Below, piece by piece: positions 48,241 through 57,536 of a stretch of 64,000 nucleotides of DNA. The stretch covers positions 1,609,675-1,673,674 of the forward strand of contig JAOSJQ010000001.1 of NCBI GenBank assembly GCA_027494035.1, read 5' to 3'. The number at the start of each line of letters is the position of its first letter. Within the stretch, counting starts at the first letter, position 1. The notes beneath the pieces were generated by a model. That model saw only the letters and a program-made list of their open reading frames with translations. It did no database searches and was not told where the DNA came from. The translations under genes and the position numbers were made by a program. This stretch comes from Anaerolineales bacterium (GTDB lineage Bacteria; Chloroflexota; Anaerolineae; Anaerolineales; UBA4823).

Positions 48241-48927
48241 TTACTTGCGCACCTGGACAAAGTCAATGATGATGAGGTTCTGGTCGCAGTTGTCGTAAGT
48301 ATCAAAAAAGACTTTGTCGGAAAGCGGACCGCCAGCCTGGCTGATCAACTGAACCCAGAGCTGGCCACGCGAAGGCACCGGGCGGTCAGCCAGTTGAAAT
48401 TCGTAACCCGAGCGACCGTAGTTCAGCGCCAAGCCTGTTAAGCTGAACACATCCTCTGCAACGCTGATGCCCGGGGCGCGGCCGCCCAGGCGGACGATCA
48501 GCCCGATCACCGGGGCGTTGCTCAGATCCACCACCTGACCGCCGACGCCCATCCACTCACAACCTAACTCTGGATGATAGATGTTCGGGATGGCTTTGGG
48601 GTTGCCCTGGCGCACGACAAATGGATAGCCCTCGGGCGGCGGCGTGGGGGTTTCGGTGGGCGTCGCGGTCAGCGTGACCGGGGTGGGGGTGGGTGGCAGC
48701 GTCGAACTGGGCTGGATGGTTTCGGTCAGCGTCGGTTCTAACGTGTTGGTCGGCGTCCAGGACGCGGGCAGGGTGAAGATCACGTTGGTCGGCGTCTCGG
48801 TGGGGAGAGCCGCCAGTGCGGGAAGCGTGGGTGGGGGAAAGGGATTGAGCGGCGAATCTGGATTGATGAAAATGGCTAGAAAGACGCCCGCCACGCAAAC
48901 CACGCACAGCAGCGTCAATATGGTCAA
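48241..48927 (-). CDS. Membrane-anchored protein with long P/T-rich linker and C-terminal globular domain (unknown function)
   Basis: N-terminal TM (MTILTLLCVVCVAGVFLAIF), about 80 aa of PT-rich sequence, then a 120-aa domain. Confidence 0.5.
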   Translation of the reverse strand: MTILTLLCVVCVAGVFLAIFINPDSPLNPFPPPTLPALAALPTETPTNVIFTLPASWTPTNTLEPTLTETIQPSSTLPPTPTPVTLTATPTETPTPPPEGYPFVVRQGNPKAIPNIYHPELGCEWMGVGGQVVDLSNAPVIGLIVRLGGRAPGISVAEDVFSLTGLALNYGRSGYEFQLADRPVPSRGQLWVQLISQAGGPLSDKVFFDTYDNCDQNLIIIDFVQVRK

Positions 48928-49055
48928 ACAGCCGAAAACGATTGTAGAGAGGTTACGCCGGGGGGTTCAGTATCATAAGAATAGGCATTCATAATATCCT
49001 GTACCAATCTTGAGCAGGAACGCCAGCCGTTTTTGTACGGGCGATGCGCCGCTGC

Positions 49056-49985
49056 TCATGGCAAAAGAACCTCGATCTCAGCCGTCTGACGGTTCTGCGC
49101 CAGCCAATCCGCGACAGCTTTAGCCTGCAGTGCAAGCAGCGCGTCTGGCGCGAGAGCCCGGGCTGAATCGCGCTCGAGGAGCTGCAAAATGTGGAAGCCA
49201 GCCGGCGTCTCGATAATTGGGCTGTACGCCTCGAGGTCAAGATTGAATGCGGCTTCCTCGATTTGCGGGTGGGGCAGGTAGCCGCGCGGAAACCATCCCA
49301 GGTCGCCGCCCGTGACCGGGTCGTACTGCAAAGCCAGGTTGCGGAATGAGTTGCCCGATTCAAGCAGCCGGTAGACTTCGTTTGCCTGGTCCGCCTCATA
49401 AAGAAGGATCTGGCGGACATGGACCTGTTCGGCGGTTGTGGGCACCTGTGCAGCAATCCGATCACGCATCCAGGCAGCCTGGATGGAACGGCGCAAAGCC
49501 AAACGGAAGGTCTGATCATCATATTTGAAGCCGATGTACCAATCTTGCAACGCCTGTTCGCTTCCAAGCTGTTCAACCATGCGCGCGATGGTGTCTTCGA
49601 TAAGCGCATCATCGGCTGTAAAGCCCTGCTTGACCGCCGCCTCAGCGAGCAGAGCCTGGTCGATCAGGTCTTGCAGCACTGTTTCTGCGTCTTGCGGTGC
49701 AAGTTCCGTACCCCTGGCAGCCTGAGCCATCGCCAACTCGGCTTCGTACTCTGCCAGGCTGATCGGGTACCTGGCAGCGCGCGCCGCCAGAGGCGGGCTG
49801 GTCGGGGCGGGGGTTGGGCTGACCTCCAGCGAGGGCGTCGTGACCGATTGGGTCGGGGTGGAGCCTGGCAGGGGTGGCGTCAGGGTTGCTGCAGCGGGGC
49901 GATCTGGACGGCAGCCTGCCACGACCATTGCTAGCAGCCCGCCAGATAGGATGACGGCGATGGTAAATTGAGTACGTTTAGACAT
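49056..49985 (-). CDS. Parvulin-type peptidyl-prolyl isomerase (PrsA/SurA-like lipoprotein)
   Basis: Likely start MSKRTQFTIAVILSGGLLAMVVAGC (lipobox). PpiC domain VHVRQILL...GGDLGWFPRGYL...GFHILQL. Confidence 0.72.
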   Translation of the reverse strand: MSKRTQFTIAVILSGGLLAMVVAGCRPDRPAAATLTPPLPGSTPTQSVTTPSLEVSPTPAPTSPPLAARAARYPISLAEYEAELAMAQAARGTELAPQDAETVLQDLIDQALLAEAAVKQGFTADDALIEDTIARMVEQLGSEQALQDWYIGFKYDDQTFRLALRRSIQAAWMRDRIAAQVPTTAEQVHVRQILLYEADQANEVYRLLESGNSFRNLALQYDPVTGGDLGWFPRGYLPHPQIEEAAFNLDLEAYSPIIETPAGFHILQLLERDSARALAPDALLALQAKAVADWLAQNRQTAEIEVLLP

Positions 49986-50149
49986 GTGAAAAGCACCTGT
50001 CTTCAAGACCGGGATTATAAGGTGAAAGGGGGAATCGTGCAATGAGGCATAGGTTCGACGCGCTTCTTTATGGCTTGACACCTGTTCCGGCTCAGGTATA
50101 ATCCCAACATTCGAAATTTGCAAAGTTTGCGTGGAGACAAGTAACCCGT

Positions 50150-50401
50150 CCGGTCTTCCAGAGAGCCGCCGGCAGTGCGAGGCGGCAGGTCAGCGAGGCG
50201 AAGTCCACTCCACCAGCCCGTTTTGGGCTAAGCGCGCCCGCAGGGATCCGCCGGATCGTAAGGGCGCCGGGTTCGCCCGTTAGCGCGAGCGCGAGGCTGT
50301 CCAGGCGGCGAGTCCCTTTCAACCGCCGTGCTGGAGCGGCAAATGCAGGTGGCACCACGAGCGCCCCCTCGTCCTGCGGGAACCGGGGCGATTTCTTTTT
50401 T
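50150..50401 (+). promoter_or_regulatory. T-box leader (tRNA-sensing riboswitch) of serS
   Basis: T-box sequence AAATGCAGGTGGCACCACG (50341-50359). Terminator GCGCCCC (50361-67)/GGGGCG (50385-90) followed by ATTTCTTTTTT. Stem I elements AGAGAG and AGUGCGAG near 50160-50185. Candidate specifier GAAG-UCC-A near 50203. Confidence 0.6.
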
Positions 50402-50414
50402 ATGGAGGCGCTGA

Positions 50415-51689
50415 ATGATCGACATCAATATTATCCGCGAGCAGCCCGAATTGGTCCGCAAATCGCTGGCGGACCGCCAGATGGACAGCGGATCGGTGGA
50501 CGAGATCCTGCGGTTGGATGAACAGCGGCGGGAACTGATCCAGAAGGTGGAAGCGCTCAAAGCCGAGCGCAACGCGGCCTCTAAGGAGATCGGGCGGCTG
50601 AAAGACTCCGGCGAGCGCCAGGCGAAGATCGAAGCGATGAAGGCGGTCGGCGACCAGATTGGGGCGCTGGACGAAAGCCTGCGGCAGGTGGAGCAGGCGC
50701 TGGAAGCGGTGCAGGCGACGATCCCCAACCTGCCGGACGCTCGTGTGCCTTATGGGGCGGATGATTCTGAAAACCTGGTCATCCGCCAACAGGGGCAGAT
50801 CCCGCAGTTCGATTTCGAACCCAAGCCACACTGGGAGTTGGGGACCGAGTTGGGGATCATCGACTTCGAGCGCGGCGTCAAGATCACCGGATCGCGCTTC
50901 TATGTGCTGAGCGGAGCGGGCGCGCGCTTGCAGCGGTCGCTGATCGCCTTCATGCTCGACCTGCACAGCCGCCAGGGTTACACCGAAAAATATCCGCCTT
51001 TTATGGTGAGAGAAAAGACCCTGTTCGGGGCGGGGCAGCTTCCGAAGTTCGCTGACAATCTGTACCGCGATTACGAAGAGGATCTATGGATGGTTCCGAC
51101 CGCCGAAGTGCCGCTGACCGGACTGCACATGGACGAGATCCTGGAGGAGAGCCACCTGCCGCGGCTCTACACGGCGTACACGCCCTGCTTCCGCCGCGAG
51201 AAGATGAGCGCCGGACGGGACGTGCGCGGGATCAAACGCGGTCACCAGTTCGACAAAGTGGAAATGTACATCTACTGCAAGCCGGACGAATCGGAGGCGA
51301 TGCTGGGAAAAATGACCGCCGACGCCGAGGAGACCTGCCGGCTGCTGGGGTTCACGTACCGGGTCAAGCAGCTTTGTACGGGGGATTTGGGGTTCGGCTC
51401 GGCGATCACTTACGATATCGAGGTATGGGCGGCAGGCTGTCAGGAATGGCTGGAGGTCTCGTCGGTTTCGAACGTGACGGATTTCCAGGCGCGGCGGGCG
51501 AACATCAAGTACCGCCCGGCGGACGGCGGGCGGGTGCGCTTCCCACACACGCTCAACGGTTCGGGGCTGGGGATGCCGCGCACGCTGATCGCGGTGCTGG
51601 AGAACAACCAGCGGGCGGACGGCTCGGTGGCGGTGCCGCCGGCGCTGAGCCCCTGGATGGGCGGGATCGAGGTGATCCGCCCGGAATAG
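50415..51689 (+). CDS. serS: Serine--tRNA ligase
   Basis: N-terminal coiled-coil arm. Class II motifs [25 protein letters not shown] and [19 protein letters not shown]. Confidence 0.93.
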   Translation: MIDINIIREQPELVRKSLADRQMDSGSVDEILRLDEQRRELIQKVEALKAERNAASKEIGRLKDSGERQAKIEAMKAVGDQIGALDESLRQVEQALEAVQATIPNLPDARVPYGADDSENLVIRQQGQIPQFDFEPKPHWELGTELGIIDFERGVKITGSRFYVLSGAGARLQRSLIAFMLDLHSRQGYTEKYPPFMVREKTLFGAGQLPKFADNLYRDYEEDLWMVPTAEVPLTGLHMDEILEESHLPRLYTAYTPCFRREKMSAGRDVRGIKRGHQFDKVEMYIYCKPDESEAMLGKMTADAEETCRLLGFTYRVKQLCTGDLGFGSAITYDIEVWAAGCQEWLEVSSVSNVTDFQARRANIKYRPADGGRVRFPHTLNGSGLGMPRTLIAVLENNQRADGSVAVPPALSPWMGGIEVIRPE

Positions 51690-51728
51690 CGCTTCCGGCG
51701 GATAAGCGATGATCCAGGAAGCGGAGCG

Positions 51729-52223
51729 ATGGACCTGTCAACTGCGGCGATCCTGTGGGTGACGCTGTTCTTCATGCTGTTGGGGCTGCTGACGCTGGTG
51801 ATCCCGGTCTTGCCCGGGCTGGTGATCATGTGGCTGGCAGCGCTCGCATATGGGATTGTCCACGGGTTCGGTTCGCTCGGGATCATCCTGATGGTGATTA
51901 TCACGATCCTGGCGGTTGCCGGCTCGCTGGTGGACAACCTGTTTATGGGGGTGGGGGCGCGCAGCGGCGGAGCTTCGTGGAGCACAATCTTGGTGGCGCT
52001 GCTGGCTGGGCTGGTTGGAACGGTTGCATTTCCCCCGTTCGGAGGGTTTATCGCCGCGCCGTTAGCGGTGCTGCTGATCGAATATTTTCGGCTGCGCGAT
52101 CTGGGCAAAGCCTGGGCGGCGCTGCGCGGCTTAGCAACCGGTTTTGGGGCGGCGATTGTGGTGCGCTTTCTAATCGGGCTGATGATCCTGAGCCTGTGGG
52201 CTTTTTGGGTCTGGCGGGGCTGA
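51729..52223 (+). CDS. DUF456-like small membrane protein
   Basis: 164 aa, 4-5 TM, Gly-rich helices. The family call is tentative. Confidence 0.5.
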   Translation: MDLSTAAILWVTLFFMLLGLLTLVIPVLPGLVIMWLAALAYGIVHGFGSLGIILMVIITILAVAGSLVDNLFMGVGARSGGASWSTILVALLAGLVGTVAFPPFGGFIAAPLAVLLIEYFRLRDLGKAWAALRGLATGFGAAIVVRFLIGLMILSLWAFWVWRG

Positions 52224-52314
52224 GCTGTTAAGAGGGCTGTTCCGACCCTAAGCTGTTCCAGGCTTTCATCAAGTTAACGTTCAGGCAGAATGGATTCTCC
52301 CCCAAAGGCGGCGG

Positions 52315-52530
52315 CTATTTGGGCGGCGGGATGGGCAGGTCCTCTTTGCGGACGGCTACCCATTTGTCGCCCTCATCGATCAGCATGACCGGGATTTCGT
52401 CGCGGATGGGGTACTTGCGGTCGCAGTCCTGGCAGATCAGCCAGGTCTCTTTATAAAACTCGAGCAAGCCGTCTTTTTCGCGCACACAGGCGGGGCAACG
52501 CAGAATTTCTAGCAGATCTTGGCTGACCAT
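52315..52530 (-). CDS. Trm112/YcaR-family zinc-ribbon protein
   Basis: LLEILRCPAC....LICQDCDRKYPIRDEIPVMLIDE. Confidence 0.75.
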   Translation of the reverse strand: MVSQDLLEILRCPACVREKDGLLEFYKETWLICQDCDRKYPIRDEIPVMLIDEGDKWVAVRKEDLPIPPPK

Positions 52531-52591
52531 GGTCTCTCCTGAAATTGTAAGTGAGCTTTCGGGGCTGATTATAACCCAGCGCCGCGCAGGT

Positions 52592-54507
52592 CTAAGGGTT
52601 GAGCTTGATCGGCGGGGGCTGGTTCTTCTTCATAAGTTTGTTGAGGTTCGTGCCCGGACCGTACTGATAGACCGCTGCCCAGGGCAGGTAGTGGGTAACG
52701 AACGAATCGGTGAAGAGCGCCACACCGTTCAGATAGACGGTGCGCAGGACGGTGACGTCGGCGCCCTCCGCCTCCCAATCCACCTGCCTGACCTCGCCCT
52801 TAGCCAGGTCGGGGTTCTCCTCATAGACCGGGTCGGGCGCTTCGACCACGTTCTGCGGTCCGCTGGTCTCCCACTCCACCTTGCGCCCGTCGCTCGTAGA
52901 GTAGAACTTCCAGGTGAGGGCGCGCGAATTGGGGTAGAAGTAAGTTTCCATGAGCAGCCAGTGCGGCGAATCGTTGGTGAACTTGAAATCGACCATAGGG
53001 ACAAAGACGGTGGCGTCCAGCCCCGCCAGGTCGGGGTCGTAGCCGCTGGCGGTCTGCTCGTAGTAGCCGACGCGGTAGGCATGCGGGTAGCGCTCGACGA
53101 TCGGCAAACCCGCCATGAAAACGGTGCGAAAGAGGGTGGTGCTGACCTGACACACGCCGCCGCCCACGCCCTTGATGGTGCGCCCGCCGAAGATGATCCA
53201 GGCTTCGGCGTAGCCGGTGTCCAGGCTGACGTTGCCCATCGCGTCCGCCATCGAGAAGGTCGCCCCCGGTGGGACGAGCAAGCCGTGGAAGTTAGCAGCT
53301 GCGGTTTCGATGTTGTGCAGGCGCTCGCTGTCGGAGCCGCGGAAATAGGAAGTGTACGAGACGATGTTCTCGGTGATGCCAAGCTGCTCGCCGGTGGCGG
53401 TGTCGCCCACGGCGGGCTGGAGGGTGGTCAGCGTCAGCGGGACGGTGTGCTCCCCGTTCAGAACCTTTTCCTGGATGGAGCGCACGCTGGTCTCAACCTC
53501 GAGCGTGCGCCCGATCACCGCCGGCTGGATCAATTCGAGCTGGCGGGTGTCGTCGTTGAAGATGAAGCGCGCGTTCGCCGGGTACCGGTCGATGTCGCCC
53601 GCCAGGGCAGTGAGGTAGGTGGTGAGGGCTTCCGCGCCAAGGCTCACCTGGATCTGCGCCGAGCCGGCGCCCGAAACCCGCTCGACCACGAGCATCTCCG
53701 CCAGTTGCGAGGGCGGGATTTTATAGGGACCCGGGTCGCCGCCTTTGGCATCCGGCAGGGTCAGCGTGAGCGGCTCGCTCAGGATGCGGCGGGCAGCTTC
53801 CGCCTCGCGCTGGCGTCCATGATTTCGGGCGGGGTCTCTTCGATCACCAGCGGGATGACGCCGTCGGAGAGGGTGCGCACCTGGCGGGTGAGCGCCTCGA
53901 GCGAAGCTGGGACGTCCAACGTGCGCCCAATCGCGCCTGGCACGGCGACGACCTCGACGCCTTCGAGCTTCAGGGAGGCTTCGCGGGTGGGCTGGTTGAT
54001 CTGGTCGGCGATGTGGATCAAATAGTCGAGGGCGTACTGTTCTTTGTAAGTCAGTTCGGGGGACAGGTCGACGCCCTTGCGCCAGGCATCGAGCCGGGAG
54101 CCGAAGCGCTCGAACGGGTCTCCGAGGCGACCCAGGTAGTACGCAGACCGGGCGTTCTGCTCGAAGTCGAGCGCGAGACCCAGCTCAGCCGGGCTGGCGA
54201 CCCAAATGTTCTGCCCGTCCTCGAAGACGATCTTGCCGGTTTGGGGGAAGAGCAGGGTGCGGGCGAGCCGGTCTTGCGCCTGGGCGGGGGTGAGACCCGA
54301 GAGGTCCACCCCGCCGAGCGAGACGCCGGGGAAGACTTTGCCGGCGTGCGCCGCGCCGTACGCGGTGAGCCCCGCCAGCAGCAGGATGAAGAACAACGCC
54401 AGACCGCCCAGCAGGGCAGCCAAAGCCTGTAAGGGGTTTAGTGTGGCGGGGGGCGGCGGGGGCGAGGCGGGCGTCCGCTCGCGCCGGACCATGACGGTTG
54501 AACTCAT
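52592..54507 (-). CDS. VanW-family protein with N-terminal TM anchor; frameshift
   Basis: ORFs 53779..54507 and 52592..53695 join with a 1-nt correction near 53805-53815 (...PPEIMDA|QREAEAARRILSEPLTLTLPDAKGGDPGPYKIPPSQLAEMLVVERV...). VanW core GGGVCQVSTTLFRTVFMAGLPIVER. Confidence 0.75.
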
Positions 54508-54704
54508 AAGCGATAAGCGTGCCGGCGGGGGTAAGCGTCCCAGTCCGGCGCATGGGGGATATTTTACCAGAGAATGGAGCGGGAGGCGGAAGGACGAGCC
54601 GGGTGCAGGGTGTGGAGGCTTAACCTTGCAAAATTGAGTGTGAAATAGCTTGAGACTGGCGTATAATTTTTTTGAGATTAGTGCACAGCTTTTTGGATGA
54701 GGGA

Positions 54705-54833
54705 ATGGTGACTTGCCCCCATTGCGGTGAAAGCTACTTTACGGCGGATACGTTGCATGAAATTGAGCGAATCAAACTTCACCGGCAAAGTTTTGCAGAG
54801 AAACGTGAAGTAGCAATCGCGGAATTTGTATAA
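54705..54833 (+). CDS. YgiT/MqsA-type zinc-ribbon mini-protein (42 aa)
   Basis: My translation: MVTCPHCGESYFTADTLHEIERIKLHRQSFAEKREVAIAEFV*. This CPxCG ... pattern is seen in antitoxin-type zinc fingers. Below the ORF-track cutoff. Confidence 0.4.
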   Translation: MVTCPHCGESYFTADTLHEIERIKLHRQSFAEKREVAIAEFV

Positions 54834-54947
54834 TTCAAAAAAGGCAAGCTAACACCCGGCGTGTAGATAGGGGCGTCACCTAATATCGGCTCCATGGGGC
54901 GCCCGCTCCGGCGAGCTATGCTGTTCGGCGATTGACGAGGTTAAACC

Positions 54948-55331
54948 ATGTGGTTTGAAAACTTGACCGGTTTTTCTGAAAAAAGCCCTCAACAGGTTCG
55001 GACGAATCTATCCCTCGACGGCAATGTATTGAAATCTCTTGTAAACGGAAACGAGTTCGTTTGCGGAGAATTGGAAACTCCGTCGTTATCTGAACTGCGA
55101 GAACGCGTCGAGGCAAGCGGCTATGAGGCTGGGAGAATCTTGGTGCGCGAGGTGGTGGCTAACGTCCAGCAGCTCCACACGGAAGTATCGAACGCCGGCT
55201 CACTTTTCCAGGTCGCCTCTCAGTTCAATTTGCTCGAAATGGTGTCTCCAGATGTCACGCCTGCCCGCATGCCGCTAACGCAAGCTGTTACGGTATTTAT
55301 CAATAGGAGTCACCAAAGATGCAACCAATAG
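54948..55331 (+). pseudogene. N-terminal fragment of a conserved hypothetical gene, apparently truncated at the next gene's start
   Basis: WFENLTGF...LFQVASQFNLLEM looks like a conserved family N-terminus that I cannot name. The last ~25 aa degenerate and the ORF ends inside the SD/ATG of 55319. Confidence 0.35.
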
Positions 55332-56245
55332 CACCAAACAAAATTCGATTTATTAAGCTCGGTGAAGGAGGCAGGTGGGAGCAGTCGTGCATCCAAGAAA
55401 ATATAATTCGGCTTGGTTACGAAAGTCCGTATCATCAAGATTCTTTGTCTGGAAATTGGGATGAGGTTAGGAAGTTCTGGTTAGCCCTTCGTGAAGGGAA
55501 TGAAGGCGCAGCCACACGCGATGTCAATCAAATCCGTGATTTTTACGAGCTTAGCGAAAGCGATGTCTGGATCACGTTTTATAAGAGAAAACTATATTGG
55601 TGTCACGCTGCTAGAGAAGTCATAGAGCTTGATGATAGGAGTCGCATTCGGAATGTCATCGGCAGTTGGTCGGCAACGGATGTGCGTGGTCAACCTTTGG
55701 GGATTGAAAACATCGATGGACGAGTAACAAAGGTCCAAGGGTTTCGTGGGACAATTTGTTCCATTGAGTTACCAGATTATCTTATAAGAAAAATTAACGG
55801 TCAAACGATAGATGAAGTTGAAAAGGCAAAATCCTCCCTCGTTAAATTGAGGACGCACGTTGAGGACTTAATAAAAGGGCTATGGTGGCACGACTTCGAA
55901 TTGCTGATCGACTTAGTCTTTTCTAAAGCCGGGTGGCAACGATTTTCCGTCTTAGGAAAAACCGAGAAAGATATCGACCTTGGTGTTTACTCCCCGGCAA
56001 CGCAAAAACGGGCATTTGTACAAATCAAATCAAAAACGACCCGTGCCGAGCTTGAAGCGTCCATTTGCAAATTTCTCGAATACGAACAATTTGATGAAAT
56101 GTACTTTGTCTATCATACTTGTTATTCAGATTTATCGGACATAGAAGTACATGATCCCAATATCCATCTTTGGGGGCTAGCACGGGTATCGGTGCTTGTC
56201 GTTAATTCCGGCTTAGTAGAATGGCTGATTAACAAAAGATCATAA
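55319..56245 (+). CDS. Mrr-cat-like PD-(D/E)xK nuclease with uncharacterised ~170-aa N-terminal domain
   Basis: C-terminal WHDFELLIDLVFSKAGWQRFSVLGKTEKDIDLGVYSPATQKRAFVQIKSK follows the Mrr_cat pattern FE.L...G.....D.GIDL....VQ.K. AGGAG SD. AT-richer than the flanks. Confidence 0.55.
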   Translation: MQPIAPNKIRFIKLGEGGRWEQSCIQENIIRLGYESPYHQDSLSGNWDEVRKFWLALREGNEGAATRDVNQIRDFYELSESDVWITFYKRKLYWCHAAREVIELDDRSRIRNVIGSWSATDVRGQPLGIENIDGRVTKVQGFRGTICSIELPDYLIRKINGQTIDEVEKAKSSLVKLRTHVEDLIKGLWWHDFELLIDLVFSKAGWQRFSVLGKTEKDIDLGVYSPATQKRAFVQIKSKTTRAELEASICKFLEYEQFDEMYFVYHTCYSDLSDIEVHDPNIHLWGLARVSVLVVNSGLVEWLINKRS

Positions 56246-56457
56246 CCGTTCGTTCCAACGGATGCTAAAAAGCGCAGTTTTTTTGGTGTCACTGAACCCA
56301 ATTGTTAGTCCTCTTCCTTGTGAAATAAAAACCGCTTTAATTGTAAGGCGTATTCGTAAACAGAAAAAAGGGAGAACGAGAATCTGAGAACAGGGGAAAA
56401 AGGATGGTTTTCCATGTAATTGACAGTCTTTGTATTGCGATTCGAATGAGTAGATAA

Positions 56458-56910
56458 ATGGGAGGATATATGCAATCCGGTAATCGTAAAGAACTTTACA
56501 CCGAAAGAGTTTTAGCAGGGAAACGGATGTATTATTTTGACGTGAAAGTATCGAAGGACGGAACAAAGTATTTGGTTATCAGCGAGACAGAACAAGGTAA
56601 AACCGAACATCATCGAATAATGGTTTTTGAAGAATCGATCGAATTATTTATAGAGGCATTACAGAACGCCGTTAGTCACATTATAAAAAAGCCTGCGAAG
56701 TCAGAAAGAGCGTATCGTGTCGAGACTATTCGCCAGGAATTTTCAAACGCTTATGCAAAATGGACTACATCCGATGATGAATTGCTAAAGGAAAAATATG
56801 GTCAAGGTGTTAAAATCCCTGAACTTGCTAAACTGTTCAATAGAAAAGAAGGAGCAATCAAGTCAAGGTTAACAAAACTTGGGTTGCTTATCTCCAATAA
56901 CGATGGCTAG
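56458..56910 (+). CDS. PUR-alpha-like (DUF3276) nucleic-acid-binding protein with C-terminal HTH-like tail
   Basis: ELYTERVLAGKRMYYFDVKVSKDGTKYLVISETEQ...HHRIMVFEESIELFIEAL parallels the DUF3276 consensus (AGKRTYFFDVK...YLTITES...HKIFLYKEDFEKF). Confidence 0.55.
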   Translation: MGGYMQSGNRKELYTERVLAGKRMYYFDVKVSKDGTKYLVISETEQGKTEHHRIMVFEESIELFIEALQNAVSHIIKKPAKSERAYRVETIRQEFSNAYAKWTTSDDELLKEKYGQGVKIPELAKLFNRKEGAIKSRLTKLGLLISNNDG

Positions 56911-57032
56911 CACAAGATGCAGCGGACGGTGGGGATTCTGCGTGTTATCAAACATTTTCCTGTTAAAAACACCGCTCCCGCAGAGACTGATGCTTCTGCG
57001 GGAGCAGTTGGCAAGGGCAGCTGGCGAATGAG

Positions 57033-57314
57033 TTAGTTGTTCGAAAAATCCCAGGTGGCTTTGTCGCTCATCGACTGCAGTACGACGCGCCCGCCATGTT
57101 TGGCGGTGAATTTGTCGCCCGGGTACAGGATGTGATCGTCGGAATCGTTCTGTTGTGTGATCCACAAAATGCCGCTGGTGCAGACCACCCCATCGCCGCT
57201 GCGAATATGGGATAAGCTCTTCAAGATCCCTTTCTGTAGGAATTTCCTCTCCGCTGTGCGGGTTTCACGGTTCTGGGTCACCGCTGGGTTGATTTTTGTA
57301 ACCTGTGTGGTCAT
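57033..57314 (-). CDS. DUF2917-like small protein
   Basis: VVCTSGILWITQQNDSDDHILYPGDKF resembles the G.lWlT..gd..D..L..G motif. Divergent from a MocR regulator. Confidence 0.5.
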   Translation of the reverse strand: MTTQVTKINPAVTQNRETRTAERKFLQKGILKSLSHIRSGDGVVCTSGILWITQQNDSDDHILYPGDKFTAKHGGRVVLQSMSDKATWDFSNN

Positions 57315-57536
57315 CTCTGCCTCCTTCGTCCTGTCTGTCTTCCGCTTCGGTTTACGGGCGTTCGCCCGGTTGGTTTGATTGGTGTTATTTCTGACTATAT
57401 TTTAGCTAATTCTGATAAATAATACAGATATAGTGCTTTACACTTGTTACCATAACAGTTAGAATAAAGCACAACTGTTATGCTCGGAAAGCGGTGATTC
57501 TGTATCACTCGCCCGATAATCGAATCGGAACTCGAA

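Noticed and set aside
56240-56566. A 108-aa minus-strand ORF between the nuclease and the PUR-like gene.
   Set aside because: It overlaps both neighbouring gene ends, has no SD, and its composition is Phe/Leu/Ser-rich as expected from reading AT-rich DNA. It is likely spurious.
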